From: Octopus vulgaris
Taxonomy: Eukaryota
DNA: 64,000 nt
Reading direction: 5' to 3'
NCBI GenBank assembly: GCA_951406725.2
Contig: OX597816.1
Location: 10,292,001-10,356,000, forward strand
The notes below the pieces were generated by a model that was given only the letters and a program-made list of their open reading frames with translations, ran no database searches and was not told the DNA's origin. This document shows, piece after piece, positions 11,281 through 23,800 of the stretch. Position numbers and translations under genes: made by a program. The first letter of the stretch is position 1. Each line of letters begins with the position of its first letter.

Positions 11281-13207
11281 ATGCACTTATAGGTGTGAGG
11301 TGTGCATGAACATGACCTGATGCTCGTATGCATGTTTAAACATGTTTAATCTATTCCTAATAACAAACAAAAGAAACAAACATGAACAGAAAATTGAGCA
11401 ACAATTGAATTTGACATGTAGTGTCCCTCTCTCCCTCTCTTCCCTCATACACACACACACACAAAGACCTGCTCAAGCATATCAATAACAAATTACACAC
11501 ACACACACACACACTCACATCTCTATAAATATCATTTAAATATTCATATTCTTACCTAATGCTTATTTCACTTTTCTGTTTAAATTGAGTTTTAAAATTG
11601 TGATTTACAGTTGTTATCATCATCATCATTGTCCTTGTCATCCCATCATCATTGTTGGCATCATCAACTCTTCATCATCATCACCATCATCATTTTGATA
11701 TCCAGTTTGCCATACTAAGTCAAAGGCACCCCAAGACAGCTTTAGAAAGCCTAGCTTCTATATTTCTCCGTAAAACAAACTGGATGACCAGAAAATCTAC
11801 AAATCATCTTCATCATCATTTAACGCCTCTTGTCCATGCTGGCATGGATTGAACAGCTTGACCAGCACTGGGAAGCTGGAAGGCTGCACTAGACTCAAGG
11901 CTTATTTGGCATGGTTTTCTACAGCTGGATGCCCTTCCTAATGCCAACCAATCCAAGAGTATAATGGGTGCTTTTATGTTCCACAACACTGGGGTGCGTT
12001 TACATGCCACCAGCATGGGTGCTAATTTCTGTGACACTGGTATCTGCCATGTCTGCAATTCTGCTTGGCTTGATGGGTCTTCTTCTCAAGCATGACATAA
12101 TGCCAGAGGTCTCAGTCATTGCCTCTGTGAGGCCCAACACATGAAAGGAATTTGGCTACTTTGCCTCCGTGAGGCCCAATGCTTCAAAGGAACTCGGTTA
12201 CTTTGCCTCTGTAAGGCCCAATGCTCAAGAGGAATATTAAGTGAAAAACAAAGAAAATACTTATGGAAACCAACAGCAACAACAAAAAGAACAAAAAGCC
12301 TTCATTTCCAAAGTAAAAGCAACCAAGTTTCTTTGGATTACAAAAGAAATATTTTTAGGCCTGTTATCACAAATAGATGAGAAAATGTCTTGAACTGACC
12401 AATGGTTGTGGAAGGAAGTTAAGTTCTGTCTGTAAGACAGAAACCATATTTGTTCTTTCTGCAATGTGTTTCTGAATGTTCCAAGGAGGTGGTCGTGTCT
12501 TTTACCATGTCCATGACACATTAAATAGCATATGGGGCACAGTCAATCTGTTATCTGATATCTTTTATATTTCACGTGTTTCAGTTGCTAGACTGGCCAT
12601 GCTGTGACACTGCCTTGAAAAATCTTTAGTTGAATGAAACAACCCTTATTCTTTAAAGTCTGGTCCTTATTATACCGGTCTCTGTTGCTGAGCTGCTAAG
12701 TTATGGGGACAGAAACACACAAAGCTGATTGTCAAGTGGTTGTGGTGGATTGGGGGACAAATACACACACACACGCACAAAAATACACACTTATAGACAC
12801 ATATATATATGATGGGTTTCTTTCAATTTCTTATTTCTTTATTGCCCACAAGGTGCTAAACATAGAGGGGACAAACAAGGACAGACAAAAGGATAAAGTT
12901 GATTACATCGACTCCAGTGTGCAACTTGTACTTAATTTATCAACCCAGAAAGGATGAAAGGCAAAATTGACCTCGGCAGAATTTGAACTCAGAACGTAAA
13001 GACAGATGAGCTACTACTAAGCCTTTTGCTCGGCATGCTAACGTTCCTGCCAGCTTGCTGCTTTTTCCATCAGTTTCTGCCTGCCAAATTCACTCACAAG
13101 GCTTTGGTTGTCCCATGGCTCAAGGTACCATACAGTGAGACTGAACCCTAAATAATGGGACTGGGAAGCAAACTTACCACACAACCACACCTGCACCTAC
13201 ATGTGTA

Positions 13208-14054
13208 CGAAGTCTGATCAATAAGTATCCGGACTGTTGTCATAGTAATGAAGCTAAAGCATACAGAATAAAGCCGCTTGGCACATATTGACCTTGAACT
13301 ATGCTGTACATGTGCACTAAGTTTTAACGTTCTAGCTCACTTCCACTGTTTACAGCAGTGCTTGGAAGGAAGGTGTGTAGTGTGTGATCATTGCATTGAC
13401 CCTGACAGAGAAAGTTGTCATGGCAATACCTGCTCAAGTTTCAAGAGAGGCTATGGAGAGGAGTGTATGAGCTGCATACAAGTGTATGAGTGGTTCAGAT
13501 GTTTGCAAGATGGCTGAAAAATGTCAACATTGTCAAACGTTCTGGGAGACCCGCAACCAGCAGAGCTGAGAAAAACATCTCAGATGTGCATGCAGCTGAG
13601 AGGGGAAATCGTCGAAACACCATCCGTGAGTTATCAGAGGATGTGCAGATTAGTTACAGTTCAGTTCTGTCCATTATCACAGAAGATTTGGGTATGAGAC
13701 ACGTGTCTGTCAAGTTTGTGCCAAAACTGCTTTCAGCTGACCAAAAAGACACTCGGGTTTCAGGTGCACAAGATCTTGATTGTATTGAGAATGATCACAC
13801 CTTTTTGAAAACTATGCATAGAGCTCTGAGCAGGTATCACCAAGCTTTTGGCAAAATTTGATGCAGATTCTCAGCTCAACTTTCTCTGTCCTTGTCAATG
13901 CGATGATCACACACTACATACCTTCCTTCCAAGCACTTCTGTAAAAAGTGGAAGTAAGCAGCGCTTAAGGTCAATCTATATCAAACAGCTTTACTATGTG
14001 TGCTTTAGTGCTGCTACTATGGTAACAGTGCGAATACTTATTGATCAGACCATG
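13208..14054 (+). mobile_element. Mariner-type DNA transposon, internally deleted, pseudogenised transposase
   Basis: TA-flanked TIRs cgaagtctgatcaataagtatccggactgtt / aacagtgcgaatacttattgatcagaccatg (similarity extends ~95 bp); frames VYEWFRCLQDG and RSGRPATSR...TIRELSEDVQISYSSVLSIITEDLGMRHVSVKFVPKLLSADQKDTRV (mariner HTH and WVPK-like motif). Confidence 0.92.
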
Positions 14055-14065
14055 TATATACTCTC

Positions 14066-14450
14066 TTTTACTTGTTTGTCATTTGACTGCGGCCATGCTG
14101 GAGCACCACCTTTAGTCGAGCAAATCGACCCCGGGACTTATTCTTTGAAAGCCCAGTACTTATTCTATCGGTCTCTTTTGCCGAACCGCTAAATGACGGG
14201 GACGTAAACACACCAGCATCGGTTGTCAAGCAATGCTAGGGGGACAAACACAGACACACAAACATACACATATATATACATATATACGACAGGCTTCTTT
14301 CAGTTTCCATCTACCAAATCCACTCACAAGGCATTGGTCGGCCCGGGGCTATAGCAGAAGACGCTTGCCCAAGATGCCATGCAGTGGGACTGAACCCGGA
14401 ACCATGTGGTTGGTCAGCAAGCTACTTACCACACAGCCACTCCTGCGCCT
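14066..14450 (-). mobile_element. Family A SINE, full length
   Basis: Reverse complement of the family A consensus. Confidence 0.9.
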
Positions 14451-15059
14451 ATATATAAATTATGCTGTAGAAGCATCTTTATAATAAAATCTTTATATAA
14501 CTTCATTATCTGTGTTGCTGAAAAGCCAAAAGCTACAGTTTTTTCATCTGGGAACAATCCTTTTATAGACATATTGTGTTACAAAGAAAACAATATACTT
14601 AAGAGCTTGGCAAAATATGTATCTGAACTCAGAGCAACATGCTGCTACAGCAAACTTGTTAACTCCACAGTAATGCTGTATTCTACTTCACATGAAAAAT
14701 ACAAGACTATGGACCTATTGTGAGGCATAAACTCTCCTTTCTAATTTTTGTGTAAATGTTTTTACATTTGAAATAAAAATTCATTATTCATATTCTCTTT
14801 CTAAATTTCACTGTTCAAATTATTATTATTCGTTTTTTTTTTTTTTTTTTATTAAAGAAGTTAGCTTTTGTGTTTTTGTTGTACTTTATACGCCTTTCAT
14901 ATATCTTCTTGGAAGACGTACAAACACACACACACAGAGTCCGGAAAATACACATTCACATATAATACAGCAGAATTTCAATGTACTTTTGATGTCTGTG
15001 TCTCTTTTTCCATCCCCTACTTCCTCTTCTCTCTCTTTATATTGTTGTTAGTTTTCATA

Positions 15060-15282
15060 TATATATAAATGCATATATATATACACATACATATATACAT
15101 ATATAGACATATATATATATACATATACACATATACATTTACATATATACATATATATATATGGATATACATATATATATATATATATATATATGGATAT
15201 ACATATACATACATATATATATACACACACACATATATATATAAGCTTATGCATACATACCTATATACATTAATATAGATAC

Positions 15283-15324
<42 letters not shown>

Positions 15325-15470
15325 ATATATACACACACATATATATATATACAAAAAATACATGCACATATGTATACATGTACTTTCTTACATACATTCA
15401 TACTTACATATATTCATTTTCCATGCACACATACACACATATCTACATACATACATATACATACACAAGT
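15060..15470. repeat. Degenerate (TA)/(CA)/(TG) microsatellite
   Basis: Direct inspection. Confidence 0.9.
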
Positions 15471-15554
15471 GTACCCACATATATTTTATTAGTAATAACA
15501 AATGATCTGAAGGCAATATTTTTAGATGCCCCCAAATGGTGAAAGATGACTTAC

Positions 15555-15701
15555 CTTTCCAAGTTCATGAAACAGAAATTAGAATTAATCGTTCTGCCTA
15601 TGTTCTAAGCAACACTTCTTGAATACTGATTCTGGCTTTTTTGCTGTTTGCTTTTCCAAATTATGTTTTGTTACAGTTTGCTCAGTTCTGTTTTTTTTTC
15701 C
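15555..15701 (-). other. Candidate exon (147 bp)
   Basis: tttttcacatacatttcaattccag|GGAAAAAAAAAC...CTTGGAAAG|gtaagt (consensus donor); longest frame closes with TAA inside the exon. Confidence 0.55.
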
Positions 15702-15919
15702 CTGGAATTGAAATGTATGTGAAAAATATTGAGCTTGTGTATGCATTTGTGTGCGCAGGTATGTATGGATGTGTTTGTGTACGCATTAAAAGAGGTTTGA
15801 CAAAGCTGTTAGAGAGTATAAGTATGCCACAGCAGTGTTTGTTATGGAACTTTGTGGCCTGAGTTCAAATCAAACTGGAGTAATCATTGCTTTTGATTCT
15901 TTCAGGGTCGATAAATACC

Positions 15920-17627
15920 TATTTCTTTTACTACCCACAAGGGGCTAAACAAAGAGAGGACAAACAAGGACAGACAAACGGATCAAGTCGATTATATCGA
16001 CCCCAGTATGTAACTGGTACTTATTTAATCGACCCCCGAAAAGATGAAAGGCAAAGTCGACCTCACCGGAATTTGAACTCAGAATGTAGCGACAGGCGAA
16101 ATACCTATTTTTTTACTACCCACAAGGAGCTAAACAAAGAGAGGACAAACAAGAACAGAGAAACGGATTAAGTCGATTATATCGACCCCAGTGCATAACT
16201 GGTACTTATTTAATCAACCCCGAAAGGATGAAAGGTAAAGTCGACCTCGGCGGAATTTGAACTCAGAACGTAGCAACAGGCGAAATACCTATTTCTTTAC
16301 TACCCACAAGGGGCTAAACACAGAGAGGACAAACAAGGACAAACAAACGGATTAAGTCGATTACATCGACCCCAGTGCGTAACTGGTACTTATTTAATCG
16401 ACCCCGAAAAGATGAAAAGCAAAGTTGACCTCGGCGGAATATGAACTCAGAATGTAGCGGCAGACGAAATACCTATTTTTTTTTACTACCCACAAGGAGC
16501 TAAACAAAGAGAGGACAAACAAGGACAGACAAATGGATTGAGTCGATTACATCGACTCCAGTGCATAACTGGTACTTATTTAATCGACCCCAAAAGGATG
16601 AAAGGCAAAGTCGACCTCGGTGGAATTTGAACTCAGAACGTAGCAACAAGTGAAATACCTATTTCTTTTACTACCCACAAGGGGCTAAACAAAGAGAGGA
16701 CAAACAAGGACAGACAAACAGATTAAGTTGATTATATCAACCCCAGTGTGTAACTGGTAATTATCTAATCGACCCCGAAAGGATGAAAGGCAAAGTCGAC
16801 CTAGGCAGAATTTGAACTCAGAACGTAGCGGCAGACATAATACCTATTTCTTTACTACCCACAAGGGGCTAAACACAGAGGGGACAAACAACAACAGAGG
16901 AACGGATTAAGTCAATTATATTGACCCCAGTGCATAACTGGTACTTATTTAATCGACCCTGAAAGGATGAAAGGCAAAGTCGACCTCGGCAGAATTTGAA
17001 CACAGAATGTAAAGACAGACGAAATACCTATTTCTTTACTACCCACAAGGGGCTAAACACAGAGAGGACAAACAAGAACAGACAAATGGATCAAGTCGAT
17101 TATATCGACCCCACTGTATAACGGGTACTTATTTAATCGACCCCAAAAGGATGAAAGGCAAAGTCAACCTCGGTGGAATTTAAACTCAGAACATAGTGAC
17201 AGGCAAAATAACTATTTCTTTACTACCCACAAGGGGCTAAACACAGAGAGAACAAACAAGGACAGACAAACGGATTAAGTCGATTATATCGACCCCAGTG
17301 CATAACTGGTACTTATTTAATCAACCCTGAAAAGATGAAAGGCAAAGTCAACCTCGGTGGAATTTAAACTCAGAACATAGTGACAGGCAAAATAACTATT
17401 TCTTTACTACCCACAAGGGGCTAAACACAGAGAGAACAAACAAGGACAGACAAACGGATTAAGTCGATTATATCGACCCCAGTGCATAACTGGTACTTAT
17501 TTAATCAACCCTGAAAAGATGAAAGGCAAAGTCGAACTCGGTGGAATGTGAACTCAGAACGTAGCGAGAGGAGAAATACCGCTAAGCATTTCGCCTGGCG
17601 TGCTAACGTTTCTGCCAGCTCGCCGCC
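15920..17627 (-). mobile_element. Head-to-tail 9-mer of family B SINE (~185-bp period) flanked by a 19-bp TSD
   Basis: Units restart near 15913, 16099, 16283, 16468, 16653, 16839, 17023, 17207, 17391; only the rightmost has the full head; flanks ttcagggtcgataaatacc (15901-15919) and ttcaggatccataaatacc (17628-17646). Confidence 0.92.
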
Positions 17628-18057
17628 TTCAGGATCCATAAATACCATCATTATCATTAGCTGTCCCACCACCACCACCACCACCACCACTATCAACGTC
17701 ATCATCATCATCAGTAGCAGCAGCACTATCATCACTCATCATTTTTCCATAAAGCCATTGATTAATTTCATTTGTGGTATTGCTCTTTATAAAGTCTCTC
17801 TGACTTCGATCAATCTACTTTATTGATATGGATACTAAATGTGCTATCTTTTACTTGCTTCAGTCATTTGACGAATGGCCATGCTGGAGCACCACCTTGA
17901 AGAAATTTCAGCCAAACAAATCAAACTCAGTAATTAATATTTAAAGCCTCGTACTTATTTTTTCGGTCACTTTTGCCAAAATGTAAAGTTAGAGAGAGGT
18001 AAACACATCAACACCAGTTGACAAGTGATGGAGATAAACACAGACACACACACACGC

Positions 18058-18089
<32 letters not shown>

Positions 18090-18108
18090 GTATATATATA
18101 TATACATA

Positions 18109-18139
<31 letters not shown>

Positions 18140-18165
18140 ATATATATATATATATATATATATTT

Positions 18166-18583
18166 ATTAATCAATATAGGGTGGCAAAAAAAATTTTGTA
18201 GAATTCTTTTGCCACCAGCGGCCTAGTGGGAAAAAATTAAATAGTCATAAACCATTTTTAAGTTCAACATCACAATCAAGGAACGGCCATAATAGGCCAT
18301 TCACCCACTAGAAATAACAGCCAAAAGCTTTAACCGCAAAATAACGTCAATTCCGTAAACCAGGAGAAAATTAAAAAACATTTACCCTGTAATTTCTTAG
18401 ACGATGCACCGTTTCATCTACTGTTTAAACAGTAGATGAAACGGTGCATCGTCTAAGAAATTACAGGGTAAATGTTTTTAATTTTCTCCTGGTTTACGGA
18501 ATTGACGTTATTTTGCGGTTAAAGCTTTTGGCTGTTATTTCTAGTGGGTGAATGGCCTATTATGGCCGTTCCTTGATTGTGAT
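18166..18583. mobile_element. Penelope/retrozyme-like element forming a spacer-less ~315-bp palindrome (18269-18583), inserted in (TA)n
   Basis: Centre ctgttt|aaacag at 18426/18427; arms of 158 and 157 bp differ by one indel; same family and same end points as 52317-53757. Confidence 0.88.
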
Positions 18584-18607
18584 ATATATATATATATATA
18601 TATAAAT

Positions 18608-19055
18608 AAAGGGTGTAGAAGATATTTGAGGACAGATTTATGTTTATAAAAAAAGACATATGTAATAACAGATAATAAATTTACTTATCCAAAAATGTTA
18701 TGAGAATAAAAATAAACCTTTTCTTTAATAAAATAACTTTTTATTCAATGAAGCCACTTTCAGCTTCAATGACTGCTTCTATATGAGATCTAAATCATCT
18801 ACATGTTCAAATCAAATGATCCTAGTTCATTTTGGACATTACTCTGACAGGCAGCTTTCAAAAATCTTTGATGTTATGAGCATGTTCATTGACCTCTCTC
18901 GTAATAATGTTCCACATGTAATAGTCCAATGGACTAAGATCTGGGGAATTAGGTGGCCAAATGTTAGGGTTTATGCGATCAATTATTCCAGGACCTCAAT
19001 ATAGGTGGCAGAGTTAACTCTGAGGCCATGTGGAAAGAAATAAGGAGACATCAAT
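18608..19055 (-). mobile_element. Fragment of the maT-like (DD37D) transposon also present at 55724-56960
   Basis: Same terminus aagggtgtagaagatatttgaggacagatt; minus frame NIWPPNSPDLSPLDYY. Confidence 0.8.
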
Positions 19056-19478
19056 TTAACATTTTAGCATTCAGATTAGGAGGCCAAATGTTATGTTTAT
19101 TCATTTACATTGTTTTAATTTAATCAACTTCAAGATTTTCGTAATGTGATTGTTTATTTTTAGTTTGACATTTCAGGTTTGGTGCAACAGGCCAGATCTG
19201 GTCAATTTAAACATAAAATTGATAGAATATTTGTGCCAGATATGACTAATTGAAATGCTAAAGGGTTTTCATTCATAAAGGCTTTATAGAACATTCTAGA
19301 ATGTCATAGTGGATTTATAAAAAGCTCAGAGTTCATCCCTTTTAAGGGACTTTTCTTACCACAACTGTAGGCCATGTGTCATTAAAATTCATGTTTAACA
19401 AGATGATTTCCATCTTTCAACCTTCTGCTCAAGAGATCATCCCTGTTGTAACTGTCAACTATATTCTTATATGACATA

Positions 19479-19710
19479 AGGCGGCGAGCTGGTAGAAACG
19501 TTAGCACGCCGGGCGAAATTCGTAGCCGTATTTCGTCTGTCGTTACGTTCCGAGTTCAAATTCCGCCGAGGTCGACTTTGCCTTTCATCCTTTCGGGGTC
19601 GATAAATTAAGTACCAGTTACGCACTGGGGTCGATGTAGTCGACTTAATCCCTTTGTCTGTCCTTGTTTGTCCCCTCTGTGTTTAGCCCCTTGTGGGTAG
19701 TAAAGAAATA
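19479..19710 (+). mobile_element. Family B SINE monomer, full length and young
   Basis: ggcggcgagctggtagaaacgttagc...gagttcaaattcc (B-box-like)...gggtagtaaagaaata; perfect 19-bp TSD tatattcttatatgacata. Confidence 0.93.
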
Positions 19711-19985
19711 TATATTCTTATATGACATATTTCAGCCTTTGGTCTTTTGGCTATTTCATCATTTCTTTTTTGACTCATAAACATGCATTTAACAAATTGT
19801 TACATTAAATCTATTCAAAACTGTTTAGTGTTATTAACGAACATTATTGAAGATGTTTCTTTGTCTTATTAATTATTCAACATACTAAACATGACACAAC
19901 ACATCTCTTTCAGCAGATATTTATGAATTTTCATCTAATACTTTATTACCAAAGGAGAAAATTTGGGTTAAATACTGAACAAGAT

Positions 19986-20357
19986 GTGGAGCACAATGGC
20001 CCAGTGGTTAGGGCAGCAGCGGATTCGCGGTCATGGGATTGTGATTTCGATTTCCAGACTGGGTGTTGTTGAGTGTTTATTGAGCAAAAACATCTAAAGC
20101 TCCACAAGGCTCTAACAGCGGGAGGTGGCAAACCCTGCTGTACTCTTTCACCACAACATTCTCTCACACTGTCTTCCTGTTTCTGTTGTACCTGTATTTC
20201 AAAGGGCCAGCCTTATCACACTGTGTCTCCCCAAGAACTACATTAAGGGTACATATGTCTGTGGAGTGCTCAGCCACTTCCATGTCAATTTCTCGAGCTG
20301 GTTGCTCCATTGATCAGATCAAATGGAACCCTTATCATTGTAACCGACGGAGTGCCA
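19986..20357 (+). mobile_element. Family D tRNA-derived SINE
   Basis: Head tggcccagtggttagggcag; tail gtggagtgctcagccact...gtaaccgacggagtgc shared with 46933-47260 and 51663-51988. Confidence 0.8.
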
Positions 20358-20927
20358 TGACTGAACAAGATGCTTAGAATATAACTGTATTTAATTTCAT
20401 TATACATGAGACTGAAGCTTAGTATTGTGAACATTTCACAGCCTCATCCAGTGTTTATATTTGGTATAGGTTTTAAATGTGCATAAATGAAACAAATAAT
20501 CAAGTGAATGAAGCATGAGTCCTCCAGCACATGATTACTGGGTTCAAATCCACTGTTAGGCTCCTTTTTAATTTTACTCATCGTCAGACTATATACACCT
20601 CTCCACCTGACTGCTTAGAGTAGATTGATACCAGAGTTTTTCAATACACTTATCCAGTCATTCAAATTCAAGTAACTGATTAATTAGGTTTAATTAACAC
20701 ACAAGTTCATCCTCCTCATTATGTTAATGTCCACTTTTCCATGTTCGGTCAGAATGGAGAGGAGATTCATTGAGGCAGATATTCTACAACCAGATGCTCT
20801 TCCTGGTGCCAACCTTCACCTATTTCCAAGTTATTAATCTCGTAGACTATCAAACAACTGACAGCCTGGATATAGTTACGTGGAGGACAGTAAACAAATC
20901 ATATCATTTGTGTGCAATGATTCTCTT

Positions 20928-21297
20928 TTACTCATTTACTTGTTTCAGTTATTTAACTGTGGCCATGCTGGAGCACTGCCTTTAGTTGAGCAAATTGACC
21001 CCAGGACTTATTCTTTGTAAGCCTAGTACTTATTCTATCGGTCTCTTTTGCCAAACCACTAAGTTACGGGGACGTAAACACATCAGCATTGGTTGTCATG
21101 CAATGTTGGGGGGACAAACACTGACACATAAACACATACATGTATAATATACATATATACGACGGGCTTCTTTCAGTTTCTGTCTACCAAATCTACTCAC
21201 GAGGCTTTGGTCGGCCCAAAGTGCCACGCAGTGGGACTGAACCCAGAACTATGTGGTATGTAAGCAAGCTACTTACCACACAGCCACTCCTGCACCT
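20928..21297 (-). mobile_element. Family A SINE
   Basis: Reverse complement of the family A consensus. Confidence 0.88.
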
Positions 21298-21659
21298 ATA
21301 ATGATTGCACAACATGTTGAGAAACCTGGACATGCTTTTGCAGTTGAGTGCAAGTGAAGGGCACCACCTGTATTGTTGTTTACAGTCAGCAAACGTATGT
21401 GAAGACAAGGGGAAATGTGAAGTACATACATGCAAAGAACACACATACATAAACCCTTCCCATTCAGATATATTGTGACAACAAGGAAGCTATTTTTCTT
21501 GCAAGCTTGAAGTTTATCCAGGGACACAGAACATTTAACAGACCCTGTGATATCATGGGCCATTTCTCATTTCAATGACTAAACTTTGGTCACGGGGACC
21601 AGCTCATTTTTACCAAATTAACTGATAACATTTAAGATGGACACTAAACTCTACTTGTA

Positions 21660-22140
21660 AAGACCTATTGAGGCAAGTGAAATCGAAATCAAATTCGACT
21701 GGCATCCGTGCTAGTGGAGCGCTAAGACCACCATCTGAGCATGATTGTTGCTAGAGCAACAAACTGGCTTCTGTGCTGGTGGCACATAAAAAGCACCATT
21801 CAAGCGTGATTGTTACCAGCGTCGCCTTACTGGCACGTGAAAAAACATTCAAGCGAGATCGTTGCCAGTTCCACTGGACTGGCTCCTGTGCAGGTGGCAC
21901 ATAAAAAAACATTTGAGCGTGGCTATTGCCAGTACCGCCTGACTTGCCCCATGCCGGTGGCACATAAAAAGCACCCACTACACCCTCGGAGTGGTTGGCG
22001 TTAGGAAGGGCATCCAGCTGTAGAAACTCTGCCAGATCAAAATTGGAGCCTGGTGCAGCCATCTGCTTTGCTAGCCCTCAGTCAAAATCGTCCAACCCAT
22101 GCTAGCATGGAAAGCGGACATTAAACGATGATGATGATGC
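21660..22140 (+). mobile_element. Family C element with internal minisatellite and (GAT)n tail
   Basis: aaatcgaaatcaaattcga start, repeated ggtggcacataaaaagcacc units, conserved 3' block. Confidence 0.85.
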
Positions 22141-22515
22141 AACAGAAATGTGTCTCCTATTTTATACATCTGTCGGTATGATGCTAGTTAGACAAATGAT
22201 AACAATGTCTTCACGTAGGTTATGTTTTACCATTTTTTCTTTTTTGTCAGCTATCCTCATGGTTTGAACCAATACTAACGGTATTTACTATTGAAATGTT
22301 TGCCAGCCTATAAAATGTAGATGTTTTTTTGCCGCACCCTGTAGAAGCATTTCTCTGTCTCTTTCAAGACTGGCATTCATGTTATTTGTCATAGATTTAT
22401 CCATATTACTAAAACTTCAAGAGATTTCTACTCTATTTATTCTGATGCCATTGATGTAGCTTCTTTGTGAAGCGGTGTATTAGTCTTACTTAATGTTTCC
22501 TGGTATTCTACGTAC

Positions 22516-22632
22516 CTTAAGGTAACGTTTCTTCAGATCTCAAAATACCGGCTGTTTTTGTTCTGTTCTTTATCTGTTAATCCTACTTGTGAAGGTCCAC
22601 GCTAAGATTACTGTGTCTGTCAGGTAGCCTTT
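22516..22632 (-). other. Candidate non-coding exon (117 bp)
   Basis: Long AG-free pyrimidine-rich tract ending gtggctacag|AAAGGC...CCTTAAG|gtacgt; stops in all three frames. Confidence 0.5.
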
Positions 22633-23351
22633 CTGTAGCCACAATATTAACAGAAATATTATGAATATAATGAAGGAAAATAAAACGGAGGGAGAAAAAT
22701 GTTTTATTCATATTGCTTATGGCAATATGTATGTAATAAAATCAATTGTGTGATGAAGTTGTTCATTCAGACATGAATTTTTACAGAACGAAACAAAAAA
22801 CAAAATTTGAGAACATTCCTTCTGTTTCAATAAAGGCAATGATATTTTTACCCAAATTTCTTGTTGCTTCTTCATAGTTAATATCTCCAACATCTTAGCA
22901 CAAAAGCAGTTTCCACTCAGCACATGCATTATAAAAATCAAATAAAAAAAATAAAATCACTTAAGTGAAGAGAAAATACACAATAATAACATGGAGCAGA
23001 AAATATTAAAAATATACTGGAAGATGAAAAAAAGGAAAAATTTCGAAACCAAAAAAAAAAAAAAACCCTCACAAAACCAAGAAAAAAAAAAGTAACAAAA
23101 GAACTGAAGCTAAATACCCATTCGGGATAGTTTTAATGCAAAATGATTGATAAATGTGTTTGTAGATGCATATAACGGAGAGAAAAGGAAAACAGAAGAA
23201 CTTCCATTAATGTATGTAGTACTGAGGAGATTTATCAACAAAAATTATGTCCGAATAGGTGTCGTTAGTGAACATAAAATATTAATATACATGACAAGTT
23301 AATACTGTTTTTTGGAAAGTCATCACAATTTTCACCATTTCTTTTCATTTT

Positions 23352-23354
23352 ATA

Positions 23355-23414
<60 letters not shown>

Positions 23415-23498
23415 TATATATATATCATATATATATATATCATATATATATATATCATATATATATATCATATATATATATATCATATATATATATAT

Positions 23499-23551
<53 letters not shown>

Positions 23552-23615
23552 TATATATATATATATATATATATATCATATATATATATATATATATATA
23601 TCAAAATATATATAT

Positions 23616-23666
<51 letters not shown>

Positions 23667-23763
23667 TATATATATATATCATATGTATATATATATCATA
23701 TGTATATATATATCATATGTATATATATATCATATGTATATATATCATCATATGTATGTATAT

Positions 23764-23798
<35 letters not shown>
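23352..23798. repeat. (TA)n microsatellite with TATC interruptions
   Basis: Direct inspection. Confidence 0.95.

Positions 23799-23800
<2 letters not shown>

Noticed and set aside
10865-11333. YI-repeat ORFs (also ~15017-15542 and 23312-23909)
   Set aside because: (TA)n/(CA)n microsatellite translations.
15920-17627. CRISPR-like regular array
   Set aside because: Whole ~185-bp units are repeated with no unique spacers; it is a SINE multimer in eukaryotic DNA with no cas genes.
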